A DNA stretch of 64,000 nucleotides from Bugula neritina (taxonomy: Eukaryota; Animalia; Bryozoa). Positions 1-13,779 of this stretch are shown one piece after another (within the stretch, counting starts at the first letter, position 1; each line of letters opens with the position of its first letter). The position numbers and the translations under genes were made by a program. The stretch lies in NCBI GenBank assembly GCA_964035545.1, contig OZ037771.1, positions 2,987,628 through 3,051,627 of the forward strand, read 5' to 3'. The notes under the pieces were generated by a model. That model saw only the letters and a list, made by a program, of their open reading frames with translations, did not search any database and was not told the origin of the DNA.

Positions 1-466
1 TCTGTCTACTCAGTATATTATTTATAATCAACCTGAAACTATACCTCACACCTTTAAGGTAACACATTGTATTAATATATACTAGAATATAGAGGTGGTG
101 TGTAAAGTCAAAGTTCAAAAGCAGCTACTGGCAGTCACTTTTAACTGCAGTGTACTTGGATATAGAGTTCAAAATGCAATCAATTAAGTAATGTACCTGA
201 ATGACAGCGTATCAGCATTTACCAGTTTACAATTGATGAAATAAATAAAAATTAAAGTTATTTCTACTAAATTTTAGTAAATTAGTATTATATAAATAGT
301 TGGCGATGTGTTCATAGTTTAATCCAAATTGTTAAAATTCCTTTTCTTAAGATACGACCTAATAAAATTATTTTAGATTTCAAGGTTCAACCTGCAACCT
401 GTAATTGCATGTAACAAACTGACTCACGTTAGTGTGACTGAATAGTAGAGAAAACAGAGTTACGTC

Positions 467-3424
467 ATGTTCTTCTTCAGGTATGCTGGTAGTTTTATTT
501 CTAATATAATACAGACTGACTGAGAGCTTTATACTACATCTAACTGTAGTGTTATATTATATGTATATACTGTGTCTATACTATACAATAATGTTGTTAT
601 TATTATAGGTATATATTGTTCCTATACGCCATAACAATATATGCAGAAGTTCATATTAAACAGCAAAACAATGTTCAAAAAATAATGCGTGAAAAGTTAA
701 AACAAAAACAAAAAGACCCACCTTCTGCTAAAATTCCATATAAGAAGGAATATGGGGACATCACAGTGAACCCCCACAACTTTACATTCATTTCACAGCC
801 AGAACCCTGCAGAGGAAATGATACTATATTAGTCACAGCACACAGTGCCACTCAGGTAAACACATTGTACTATATTATTTTCTGGCATTCCATTCATATA
901 TACAGCAAAGTTTTTCATGTAAAATATATGACAGAATTGGGCAATAAAAAGTAATTACTTTTAATTTTTTTATCATTAAGATAATAGCTGTTATTCATAA
1001 ACTTACAGGTTAGCTAAGCTTAAAATGATGTAGCAAATGACTGAAAAAAAGCAAGTTTAACTTCAATTCAAAAATAAAGTTATTATTTATTGAGCTCTAA
1101 ATATGGTAATGAATCCTTTTAGAATCACCAAAGTAATAAAACTTTAACTTCTGTTATGTAGACACTAGACAGTCATGCTTTCTTTTTTAGAACTTTCAAC
1201 GGAGATCAGCTTTAAGAAATACCTGGGCAAACCCTAGAATATTGGAGAAGTATTTACCAAAAGGACATCAGTCTAAACTGATATTTATTTTGGGTCTTCC
1301 AAGCAACTCTAGTGAACAGACTCTAATAAATTATGAACAAGAAATGTACAGAGATTTGGTGCAAGTGAACTTTATGGATACTTACCGCAACAACACATAC
1401 AAAGCTATTTATAACATGAAGTAAGTACAGCATAAATATTATATTTTTCAACATTTATAAATGTTTGAGGAAGGAGTATTTGCTAATGTCCATGTCACAC
1501 ACTGTAAATACTTTAACATGGTATATATTTTTAAAGATGGATCTCAAGCTATAAAGGATGTCCTAAGGCTAAGCTAGTTGTGAAAGTAGATGATGATGTC
1601 ATGTTCAACTTACAAGCTTTCTCTTCCTTCTTTAAGACTTTTACAGACACACTTGGAGACTCCTTTAAACTCGGTTCTTATTTTATTGCAGGTAAAAAAT
1701 AGACTTGAATTATGTCTTGTGATCATAAACCTCTATTTCTGTTTCTATAAGTACAGCATAGTTGAAAAAATTATAATTTACTCTTACATGTTGCTGAACC
1801 GTTTTTACTTATATATCTCGTGCAATATATATCTTTTAATGCTCAACAACCGGATGTTATAATTTAAATGTATTTGCAGCAATCTAAACTACTCACAAAA
1901 CATTTATTGAAGCTACCACTTAACTGTGATTAAACTAAATCTCACACTATAAAGTCATTTGTTAATAGTATACTTCATGTTAAATGTACTTTCATGGTAC
2001 GTTTCACTTAACTTTATTCTGAAATCCATGGTAATACTTCAACTACAGATAAAACACTGGCTGTCTTTCTTTTCTCTCAAAGACTTTATTACACCGCGCA
2101 GTGCAACGAAATTTCTGGCTGGTGCAATTTTGTTATGATTTGTAAATCTATATTTTATTCTGAATTGAGTGGTAGCCCTGTGTTGCAAGGACTGGTGTAA
2201 CATGCTACATGCATAGTATTATTGTATCTGGTAGGAACATTAGTGATGTCATGAAGGACAAAAACACACTCGGTCCTTATAGTCAAGTCGAGACTCACGG
2301 TTCTTTATCTTTCCTAAAAAAGCTGTTACAGTAAAAGATGTTTTAAATGAATTATGCAACTTCACCAACTTTTGTTTTTGCAGGAAATGTCTTTGCCAAC
2401 TTTGAACCCCATAGAAATCCAGCCTCAAAGTGGTACTTGTCCAGGAAAGAGTATAAATATGACACCTTCCCTCCGTGGTTACAAGGAATGACGTACTTTC
2501 TGTCTCCGAGATTAGCAAAGGAAATATACAATCTGTCTTTTACCACTCCTTATATTTTCACAGGTACACTTATAGACAAGAGAAAAACTAACATATAACA
2601 TGTATCATGTATAATAATAATACGTAGCACATGTAACAGGAAAGCTTGCAATAAAAACCCAGGCCGTGATTTTCTGCCAATGAAACTAGCTTAACTGTAG
2701 AAAATAACAGTCACGTAACTTTGCAGCTACGAGTTACACAGATTGATTAGTGAGTTGCTTTAAAAAATACAAGAGGAACTGAAACTGCTATTTTTGTTTG
2801 CAATATACTCACACGAATTAATTATTTGCACTCAGCAATATGGCTTGTTCCGGTGCCCCTGCACACTCTGTTATGACTAGCAATTTTTCAATATATTTAT
2901 GAGAGATCACATCAACACTTCAAATAGTATTATTGTTAATTGTTGTTTAAGCTTTACACTTATCCTTTGGCTGCACCAGATTGTTATATTATCAGCCAAT
3001 GCTCTCGGTTAAAATAGATGTTGTTTAGTAAGAGGAAATTATTTAGAACAAAACAAGTTGTTGTTAACAGTTCAATTGTCATGCGAATTTTATTAGTGTT
3101 ACCTGCACCAAATTTAATTTCACTATGATTTCAGCACTAAGAATTTTACATTTTATAGTATGAAATGCTTGGTTAATGTTTACTGTGTTTCAATTCTATT
3201 CAGATGATGTGTATATTGGAATAGTGGCCGACAGAGTTGATCAGCTAAAGAGATATAACCTCAACAGGTTCTACTCTTTTCCTAAACCTTCACTGAAACA
3301 AGAGTTGATAAACTGGAACCGAAAGGCTTCGGTATTCTACCACACAAGCTCTAATAAGGAGTGGTTTACGTTCTGGTGGACATCATGTGATCTGGTTACA
3401 TGCGCAGACTCTGCCAAGAGCTAG
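467..3424 (+). CDS. Beta-1,3-galactosyltransferase-like (GT31 family), type II Golgi membrane protein, ~348 aa, 6 coding exons
   Basis: Exons 467-480, 609-855, 1191-1420, 1537-1691, 2384-2563, 3204-3424 join in frame at GT-AG sites. N-terminal signal anchor MFFFRYILFLYAITIYA. GT31 motifs RRSALRNTWA, FILG, EQEMYRDLVQVNFMDTYRNNTYK, VVKVDDDV (DxD), HRNPASKWYL, FPPWLQGMTY, TDDVYIG. Confidence 0.9.
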
Positions 3425-3494
3425 CCTAAGAAGTAAAGGAGAGTGAATAGTTGAACACGAGACTTCGAAATCAAATGAGATTTGATAGCATATT

Positions 3495-3910
<416 letters not shown>

Positions 3911-4614
3911 ATGATTATATGGGTCATTAGTTTCCCCTTATTGCTTAAAACTATTGTTGAAATTTGTGCTAAAATATTTGAGAAATTCCATAAAGTAAAA
4001 TGAAAATGTATCTGTTTTATACATATGACTTCAATTTGTCAACCTAAAAATCTTTACAAGATAAATACACCAGTACCAATACACCAGTATTGGTATGCTT
4101 GCTGTATATTCTATTTTATATTGACATTATCATTTTGATTTGCAAAGGATCACAAAAATACTTGCGGTTTTTTGCATTTTTATACCCAATGTCTAATTTT
4201 TTCCAGCAATTTTATCTTCAAGCATTATACTGTAACCATGAATGTTGTAATTATCTAAAATAAAAAAATTACATCGTATCTGCACTATTTAGCAAAATTT
4301 ATTAAAAAAATAGAGCAACAATCAAAGATATTTGTTCTCATAAAAAATAAAAAAAAGTCAATAAGCTGAAAAGTATTATATTTCCTTCCATAGTATTACT
4401 AATGGTATAGCTGTAATTAATTATTAATTTTATTATCCGTAGTTATGGTCTATTTTAGAGTTGTCCAACACTTATTTGCTTAATTGCTTCCCATTACTGA
4501 TCGAGAAAACTTCATTTAAAAAACGAAGTGAAAACATTATGCAATTGGCATAGAAAAAGCAAGGCGGGCTAGCGATTCAATATTCACTCACAATTCGGAA
4601 TTTCCAGAGGCAAA

Positions 4615-7600
4615 ATGGTTTGCCTACCTACACTCTCAGAGTCTCTGTTGCTCCAGCTTAGGTTTTGTATTCTTGTTGCCGCTTTTTCAACTACAAATAT
4701 TGCACAGATTATCCAAGAAGAGTGCCCTCACCCTGACAAAAACTATGATGCAGCTGTTTTAGGTATTTATTATATTTTTAAAACTTGGCAATTTTATTTT
4801 TTAAATATTTGACTTAGTCTTAAACTCTTATGAGTTTCATAATCATAATGATAATGATAATCACATTTTATTTTTTAACGAGTATCAGATAATGATAATG
4901 ATTATGATAATTAATCAGCACCACTTAAAAGTTGAAGTCTTTGTTTATGTAAATGATGATTATAGTGATGATCATAATAAAAAACTTAAAATCAAAGTTT
5001 GAAATTTTGCAATTCTACTAAGTACTGAGGACTTCATTTAAATTATAGAAAAATTTAGTTTAGTTTGTGTAAAATTCATGTACTGAAAGTGAGTGTATTA
5101 AAAGTTTTAATTCACTTGCTGCAATAAATATTTTCTTTTGATTTTCAGTATTTCAATTTGAAATTGAAAACTAAAGCCAAAAGAGTATTAACAATAAATA
5201 TAATTCAGTTGGTTTTATTTTTTAAGTGTTAATTAATTTTCATATCTAACTTGACATGTTGATGTAACTTGTAAAGTTGTAAGTAATTAAATTGTTCTAA
5301 CTCATATTTATATTGCAGTGTCTAATATTTATTGTCATTGTGCCATATTCAAATTTGATATTCAAAGTGATCATCACACTGGACTTTCTTAAACTGTCCC
5401 TCATAGTTAGAGTCATAATGATAGATGCAGTAGACTTGAAGTAGGTGCAAGTCTTTTAATAAGGAAAATCAATCGTTTTGCTTTTGCAAGTACTTTAAAT
5501 AATGAGTTACCAACATTGTTCTGACAACAGCTAAAATAGAACAATGTGTAGTTGAGTTCCCAATTTCTTGAAATTTTTCTGGAAAAATTGTTTTTCTAAA
5601 GTAAAATTTTTTCTCTCTTGTTTGATCACAACAATGTGTTTTTCTTATATCCTATCCATGTCATTTGTTTGGTGAAATTTGCATTATTGGTTAAAGAAAA
5701 GAAAGAGAAGTAATGAGAATTATATGTTTTAGACAGTTTATGATCGCAATCTGATTTTACAACTGCTACTAAGCGCTAGTAATTAATCTGATAAATTTAC
5801 CAATTAACTAAACTTGGCAATTTTAGCTGACTTAGATAGAGATTGATAGGAACAGTTTTGCTTATGCTGACTGTGAACAAAATCCTCTTAGAGATTTATT
5901 TAATCACTGCCATGGTGCATGGTCTTGTAAATAGTAACTAATTTAAGAAGATTATTTTAAATAATGTACACAATGGGAACTTTGAAGTTTAGAAGGCTTT
6001 AGCGCTATGACTTGAGATCTCAAGTTTAGATAGTGGCTATGGGACTAAATCTTTATCTTTGAATTATAGCATGTAGCATTGCAAACTATTATTTTACTTT
6101 TAAACAAAAAATAATTCATGGTTCGCAGATGTGATTTCCTGTGTAAGAATAATCGGTGGCTTAACTTGTAGCAATTAGTAGCAGCTGAAATCATTAGTGT
6201 GTGTGGAGCAAAGAAGGTAAAGAAGATGACTACAGCCCTGAGTTCCCCTACACATCAATTTGTATCACTTTGTTTGATGCATATCTGTGTTTTATCCATG
6301 ACTGTTGATAGGTACATTTTAGTAGTTTGATGGTTGCTTAGCAACTTCACTAATAAGCATGACATTGTTAATTGTAGGATTTACATGGGGTGGGGGGCAA
6401 GACTTTCATAAGTCTTGAGACAATTTTAGTTTAACCCGCAGCATCTACACTTTGTGCTACAATACTTACAATACTCTTAGCTAATAATGGAAATTCTATA
6501 TTTCAGGTCACATTAATATGACGAGACCTCCTTCTGGTATCTCCCAGCTAAATGTTACATCTACAGGTAAGTGTCGCATCTACGGGTGAGTAGTGTCTAC
6601 AGGTGATTAGTGTCTACAGGTGAGTTGGTGTCTACAGGTGAATAGTGTCTACAGGTGAGTAGTATCTACAGGTGAGTAGTATCTACAGGTGAGTAGTGTA
6701 GACAGGTGAGTAGTGTAGACAGGTGAGTAGTGTCTACAGGTGAGTAGTATCTACAGGTGAGTAGTGTAGACAGGTGAGTAGTGTAGACAGGTGAGTAGTG
6801 TCTACATGTAAGTGTCACTTCTAAAGGTGAGTAGTATATACAGGTAAGTAGTGTGTACAGGTAATAATAATCACTGCAGCCATATTTTCATCTGTGACAC
6901 TTTTACCAAAGAGATTAGCATTTTTCACAACTGGAAATCCCAACAACACCTTTGATGAGTGAAGAGATGAATTCCATGAGCGACATTCGCCTACTTCTCT
7001 CCACTTGAATATTCAAATTTATTCTGTCCTTCTTTGTACTTGGGTTTATAGAGTGTTTAGTATTAATTGATGTGATATTTTGAAATTACCCATCTGTCAT
7101 GGTAACTCTGTTATCTCTGTTGTCACATCTGTGTGTGAACTCAGTATCACACCTCACATCTCTTCACTATTTCCTATTGCCTCTCTCCTGTTTGCTTTGT
7201 TCTGTGTCATTGCTTAGCACACCTGTGTTGTACGGCAATATATAGCTTTGCTGCTGCTACCACACACACACTCCAACTCTTTCTCAATCACTCATTCCCT
7301 TACTTATTCACTCACTCACTCATTCACTAACTAACTCATTCACTAACTAACTCATTCACTCACTCACTCATTCCTTCACTCATTCACTCACTCATTCACT
7401 CACTCACTCATTCACTCACTCATTCCTTTACTCACTCACTCATTCATTTTCTCATTCCTTTACTCACTCACTCATTCACTTTCTCACTCATTCACTCACT
7501 CATTCACTCACTCATTCCTTTACTCACTCACTCATTCACTTTCTCACTCATTCACTCACTCATTCACTCACTACAGTTTTTTGACAAATTATAAATGTAG

Positions 7601-10600
7601 TATTTCAAACAATGCATTAGTTTGAAATGGCTTCTTTTTTCAACCCCAGGGTTTAAAAGTTGTGAAATAGGCCTATGTTCAAGTTTTCTTATTTAATTAA
7701 TAGCCTATTACTATTTTACTATATTACTATATTACTACATTACTATATTACTACATTACTATATTACTTCACTGTATATGATAATTTTGATATTGTAATA
7801 CTTCATAGCTGCTATACTCTTATATTACTATATAATTTGTGTAATATTATATTACAATATTAATATATTACTATGTGGTTACAGGTGCATACAGTATTGA
7901 TATTGCCTGGAGTGATCCCATGTTTAATTTCAATGGCACAGTTCCAACTCCGTGCCATTTCTACCTCAACATCAGCTACACTCCCTCTCAGAAAGGTAGA
8001 CAACTCTAGTGTCCTGTTATCAGGACTCCTAAAAGTAAATGTAGATTACATAACATACGTAGTTACTGTGTATTCTCTACACTTTATGCAGGCGTGTAGA
8101 ATTGTGCTTAGTTTGGGTTTATAATTTCTAGTTTGATTTGTGCATTTTGAGAATTATTGTTTTATATTGCAAAAGCTTCCCATACTATACACATCAGCTA
8201 GAACTAGGGCTAACTAACCCCTCCCCAACTCTGCATCTAGCCTGCACTTCCTACACCTTAGCCCATAATCCCTACACCCTGCTGGTGACTACCAACTCTG
8301 TGAAGGTGTAAAAGTTGAGCTTGGAATTTGAAACTTTCTCTGTATAAAAAGTGTAAATTATTTTACTTCATCTTAGTAAGTTGGTTAAGAAATTTCTAGA
8401 ACAAGTATTGTATGTAATATGCTGTACTAGACTGTGCATGATAATATCATTGCTTGCATCTAATTTGTCAAGCGTTATACACTGGACAAGGCTAATTGCA
8501 TTTGTTTAGTTCTAAGTATTCCTGCCTCCTTTAATTGCATGTAGATATTAAACACTTCCAGTCATCTGTGATTCATGAAGTCCCTTCTGATCAATATTTA
8601 AATACAAGTTACAGTATATTCACTTCATACAAGCTACAGTATATTATCTTTATACAAGCTACAGTAAATTCACTTCATTAAACATGTAATTATGAACAAG
8701 ATGAATTGAATCATTCACAGTTGACTGGACTGCTAAGGAAGGGCAATATTTAGTTATTATCCCTTTGAAATATACTGTTTTATAATCTCATTTCCTATCT
8801 CTAGAGTCTAGTCTATTACATCCCTTTTTCTACCTCTAGTCTATTACCTCCCCTTTCCTACCTCTAGTCTATTATCTTTCCTTGTTTCCTAAGCGTCTGC
8901 CTGGTGAGCCATAAAATTACCTGGAAATATTGATTCAGGTGTTAAAACAGGCAGCACTGTTAGACATACTTAATGTCCCAGGCCACAGCAGGCTGTACTC
9001 TACTCACTTGGTTACAAATCATTAATTACCTGCCTCAGTCCAAGTGGTTTCCCTCTTCCTCTCTCTGTTTGTGCTAACTTGACTTGCCGGCTTTCTCTAC
9101 ATCTTGTAACCTCTCTCTGGCGTTTGTTAGTGTTTCTTGGCAGGATGCCATTAGATAAGCACTTCTGATGAAAAACAATGTATCAGTTTAATAGTGATGT
9201 AATGGTTGTCAAAGTGAAAACATGTTTGGCATTCCAAAAACAACATGGCTAACATTACAGCTGGGAATGAAGAGAGTGTTTAGTGGGTCAGGCTTCTATA
9301 TGGACTTTAGTATGAGCTCTGTGTGCTGTGGTAGTAGCAGTCTTGTCAGCATTATAGAACACCCCCTCCATCTCCTCTCTGCATCCTCTCCTACATCTCC
9401 CCCTGCCACTCCCCTGTTCATCCTCTCCCTGCATCTTTTGCGATTTCCTCCTGTATTTCATTTATGAGCAGCTGGGGAGAAATTTACCCTCCCCCCTACA
9501 TCCGCTCCCTCATTCTCAGTTTCTGGGAATCTTTTGTGAAGAACTTTTGACTAAAGGCAGTCAGTGGTTGTGAGTAGAAATATTAACCTCGTAACCAGTT
9601 TAACTTTGAAATACTCTCTGGGAGCCGCTTTAGTGCATTTCTTTAGTTCAGTTCAACTGGAAATAATATAGTATGCAAATCCCAAATGTATGAGTGCAAT
9701 AAACGGCTCAGGTGAATGCAAAGTATAAATGGAGCTTTTATTCACATGCTTAAAGTTGCAGTTATACGAATGGATTTCAGTTTATACAAAACTCAAAGCT
9801 GGGTCTATCTTTCTGTGAAGTTAGTGAATTAGTTGAATAGTCCTTGAAAACATTTGAGAGGTAAATGTTTAGGTAATTCCCATTTATTATAGCTACCTTT
9901 AAGTTGGTGATTATTATTTATTGTTAAATTTAGTTATTTTATGGCCATAATGACCTACACCTTATCTAATCTTATTTAATCTAGTTGATTAGGTTTACTC
10001 ATAGTAAACCGTTGTTGAGTTCAGTCAAAAGAAGTTACCCCCTCTTTCTAATTTTATACTAGATAGTCTAATTACCTCCCTCTGATTACCCTCCTCTGTA
10101 CTATATAGTCTGATTATCTCCCTTGTACTATATAGACTGATTACCTCCCTTGTACTATATAGTCTGATTATCTCCCTTGTACTATATATACTATATAGAC
10201 TGATTACCTCCCCTTGCAGGTTCACACACTAGAACTACTCACATGAACTTAAACATCACAATGAGATCAGCTTCAGTGACGAAACTGACTCCGTCTACTC
10301 TAGTAACACTCGGACTCAGTACCTGCTTGCTGATGGTATGTCCTTGACCTTAGTCTCTATACCTAACATCACTGTGAACACCAGGGCTGCACTGCCTCTC
10401 ATATTGCACTATTAACTTGTGTGTCTTTTACCTGTATACACTGTAATGAAGCTAGTGCAGCTCTACCACAAGTCAATATGCTTGTATTCTGGAATCAAAG
10501 TTTATGGGTTATTTGGACTTTGCTGAGAGCATTGTGCTAAATTGTTGGAGATGGGGCAAGGGAATGATGCAGTTTATGTAAATAGACTGGGAGACTAGCT

Positions 10601-13600
10601 ATTAATTAGTTAGATTACTAGGAACGAGGCTTTTATTGGTCCTGCACCCCTTCTTTTCTCTAAACTTTATATACTTTATAGACATTTTGTAGTTATGCAT
10701 CATGCTGCTGTTTATTTACTCGTTTATTCAGTCACTGTAGGCTGTGGCAGCAATATTTATTGGATCCAAACATTTTGGTGTAGAAATTTTTTAGGCCACC
10801 TATAACTGTGATGACCTCATTAGCTTTGTGAAAGATTCGTACTACTACAACACTCTGCCTAAGTTTGATATTATTAACCATGTATTCACTGCAATTTGGT
10901 TGGGCAACTCCTTAGTTTCTCAGAAAATCTACACAGGCTTTAATAAATCTTTGCGTTACATCACTGGGGTACAAATAATGCTAGTTTTTAGTCAAAAATT
11001 CAATTTGGCTTAGTTAAAACTTTCATTGTAAAAGCCACTCGTCAATAGTGTTGTCTTGTGATAAATTAATCACCTAATTTCAGAATATAATAAAAGAGAA
11101 ATGATAAATCCTAGTATTTAATCATCACTGTCTACTGAATGGATGACTCACTTGAAAAGCTTAGTAGTTTTTATTAGAAATCAGTGGCCGTTCTTAGTTA
11201 CCATTTTGCAGGTTCATTAAATTTCCAAATAGCCATTAAGCAAGTAATATTTTACTATTAGAAACTTGTGAGCTCCTTATCAATACGATTTCCACGAGTT
11301 TAAGTTCTATAAAGGAGTAGGTACTAGATGAGTGAATTAAGACTCTACTTACTTATCCGCAGCTCATCGTGTGATTTATGTTTGGGGTTTAGCCGGCAGC
11401 TGGCAGCAGCAAGAGAGGGTTCATATGCACCGACCCCTTGGAGGTGACGGAGCAGACAGCAGCTGCCTCTGACTCATGTCCTCTGGGTTTCTACAACAGC
11501 AGCACCGACAGCATCGGTGATTGTGCCCCCTGTCTGTGCAATAACAATTCTCAGCTGTGTCAGTCTGTAACAGGTAGTGTTATATAATAATATTATATAC
11601 CTGTATATCTGTATGTTATATAAGAATACCTGTATATTATACAGGTATTCTTATATAACATACAGGTATTTTTACATAGCATACAGGTAGTGTTACATAA
11701 CATACAGGTAGTTTACATAACAGAAACATTTTATATGTTTCTGTTATATTTTATGAAATTATATTCACAGTCTTTTCTAGACATGAATATTATGTTTTCG
11801 AAGATAGATGTGGGAGACAATCCAGAGTCAAGTTTGAAGTTGAAAGTATTTTATATAAAAATGGCATCCTGTAGCATTCTAGTCTCACACCTGTATTACA
11901 TAGCTGACAGAGAGTATGACGTTATGCAATAATTTCCTGCAGGTAAATGTTTAGACTGTTTATTCGCCTCTGACGGGGATCAGTGTGAGACGTGTCTACA
12001 AGGCTATGTGCTCTCTGAAGACGGTAGATGTGTTCATGCTCGTCTCTCCACTTCTCCCGAGTACAGCATGGAGTTGGACCACGTGATGACATCATCCACA
12101 AAGCCCACTAAAGGTAGCATAACTCCTTACAAAATTATTGTTGCTCAGTGTTAGTTGAATGTGTTTACACAGGGATGTTTATGGTAGAAGCAGTGTTTGC
12201 TGTGCATGATGGAGTTGACTCTAGTTGCAGTCTCTTAATGCTGTAGAAGTGTTGTAATGTAGCAGGTTTGATGCAAAGTGCCATTTTTTACAATTATTTT
12301 TTTAACAAATTGAGTAAAATACGATGTGGTTAAAAAGCTGTTGGTTTGATTTAGACCAACACTTAAGAAAGAGCTGGTTTCTAACAGTTATATATTATTA
12401 CACAATAATTTACCTTCAGTTGGAGTTATCTATCCTTCAATCAAGTATATATACTTCTATTTATAATAATATGATGGCGTATTGTTTATTCTAAATTATA
12501 ATTATTATATACTCCATTTATTGTTAGCAGATGTTTTATCTACTGTGAAATACCAGTCTACAAAGACCACATCTGCCATGTGAGTAAAATGTTTAAAGCC
12601 TATTCACTTCAATGCTATACTATGACATGTACACTACATTAGAACATGCTGTCAGCCTTGTTCTATAGTTTACTGGCTTGTAACTAGGAGAATAAAGATT
12701 ATTAAATTGATGAAATGATTATATAACATACAATTAGGAAAAATAATTTGTGTGTCTGTTTCTACAGCTACAGTGTGATTGTTCTGATGTTTTAGAGTTA
12801 CTCCTCCTGTCACCATAATAGTGACCTCAGTTATATGCTCTCTTGTCATCATATGCTTCATCCTTATCATCGTATACAGGTTAGATATTATATACTACTA
12901 TATACTACTATATATGTATACTATATACTACTATATATGTATACTATATACTACTATATATGTATACTATATACTACTATATATGTATACTATATACTAC
13001 TATATATGTATACTATATACTACTATATATGTATACTATATACTACTATATATGTATACTATATACTACTGTATATGTATACTATATACTATATACTACT
13101 ATATATATGTATATTATATACTACTAAATATATACTACATATGCTACTAAAAATTGTCATGTGCTGAATTTTCAAGTAATAACTGCTTCTTTTAAGTAAT
13201 TTGTGTATCAAGAGTTGTCTTATCAATTAGTTGTAATTTCTATTGATTATATATTACAGAAAATGCGGGTCGTGTAGGAAGAAGCCCATACAGTTCTGGA
13301 CTGTTCAGCTAGAGGCCAACAATCAACCCACTATTGCATATTCAGATATCACTGATCAGCACAATACAAGAGAAGACAACAAACTAATAGAAAATGACTA
13401 CATGTCCAGATTCACAGAGTAAGTGGGAGTTGTGCGTTCTTGTCACTTGTGTATTATTTATGTTATAATATTAACTGTGGCTTTAATTGCATCATTGCTG
13501 TCGCATTTTTCATAAGTTTTTCTTAAGCTTGCCAGGTCTTTGAGTTCTAAGATTTTTGCTAATTGATCTGTTGGTTTGGGTGGAACATTCTAAAAAATAT

Positions 13601-13779
13601 ATTATTACCATATTGATATTTGTAGACACGAATTTGCCACTGATGAAAACCCATATCGGCCTATTACAGCATGAATGAACACTTCTATCCGCCAATGCAT
13701 TGCCATAACAATCTAACTGGTTTCTTATACTAAAACAATAGCTTATGTGTTATAAATATCCAGGCTATTCTATAGGTGA
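4615..13779 (+). CDS. MEGF9-like type I membrane protein: signal peptide, FN3-like domain, laminin-type EGF region, Ser/Thr stalk, TM helix, cytoplasmic tail (~360 aa)
   Basis: In-frame exons 4615-4762, 6507-6566, 7885-7995, 10220-10335, 11393-11573, 11943-12113, 12531(or 12528)-12579, 12796-12879, 13260-13418, then 13764 or 13776 to TGA 13779 (or unspliced TAA at 13422). FN3-like PPSGISQLNVTSTGAYSIDIAWSDP...VTKLTPST. LE motif CPLGFY...CAPCLCNNNSQLCQSVTGKCLDCLFASDGDQCETCLQGY. TM TIIVTSVICSLVIICFILIIVY. Tail FWTVQLE resembles the MEGF9 FWTIELKE motif. Confidence 0.75.
6560..6866 (+). repeat. 17-bp minisatellite (TCTACAGGTGAGTAGTG)n made of copies of the exon-2 splice donor
   Basis: About 18 units starting at the real donor TCTACAG|GTAAGT (exon ends 6566); most units read CAG|GTGAGT. 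Confidence 0.95.
7285..7572. repeat. (CACT/CATT)n tetranucleotide low-complexity repeat
   Basis: Direct reading: ctcactcattcactcact... with a higher-order 60-bp duplication (7441-7560). Confidence 0.93.
8800..8880. repeat. ~28-bp tandem repeat (CTAGTCTATTACCTCCCCTTTCCTACCT) x3
   Basis: Three degenerate copies visible in an intron. Confidence 0.8.
10064..10219 (+). repeat. ~27-bp minisatellite (TAGTCTGATTACCTCCCTTGTACTATA)n whose last unit forms the 3' splice acceptor
   Basis: About 5-6 units; the last reads CTGATTACCTCCCCTTGCAG| directly into exon 10220. Confidence 0.9.
11609..11665. repeat. Perfect 28-bp inverted repeat with 1-nt spacer
   Basis: CTGTATGTTATATAAGAATACCTGTATA-T-TATACAGGTATTCTTATATAACATACAG; the arms are exact reverse complements. 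Confidence 0.95.
12888..13148. repeat. 23-bp AT-rich minisatellite (TATATACTACTATATATGTATAC)n
   Basis: About 10 units directly after the donor of the TM exon. Confidence 0.93.

Noticed and set aside
6560-6866. CRISPR-like regular array
   Set aside because: No unique spacers or cas genes; eukaryotic intron minisatellite.
12835-13167. Tyr/Ile-rich ORFs
   Set aside because: Only 12796-12879 is a real exon; the rest is minisatellite.
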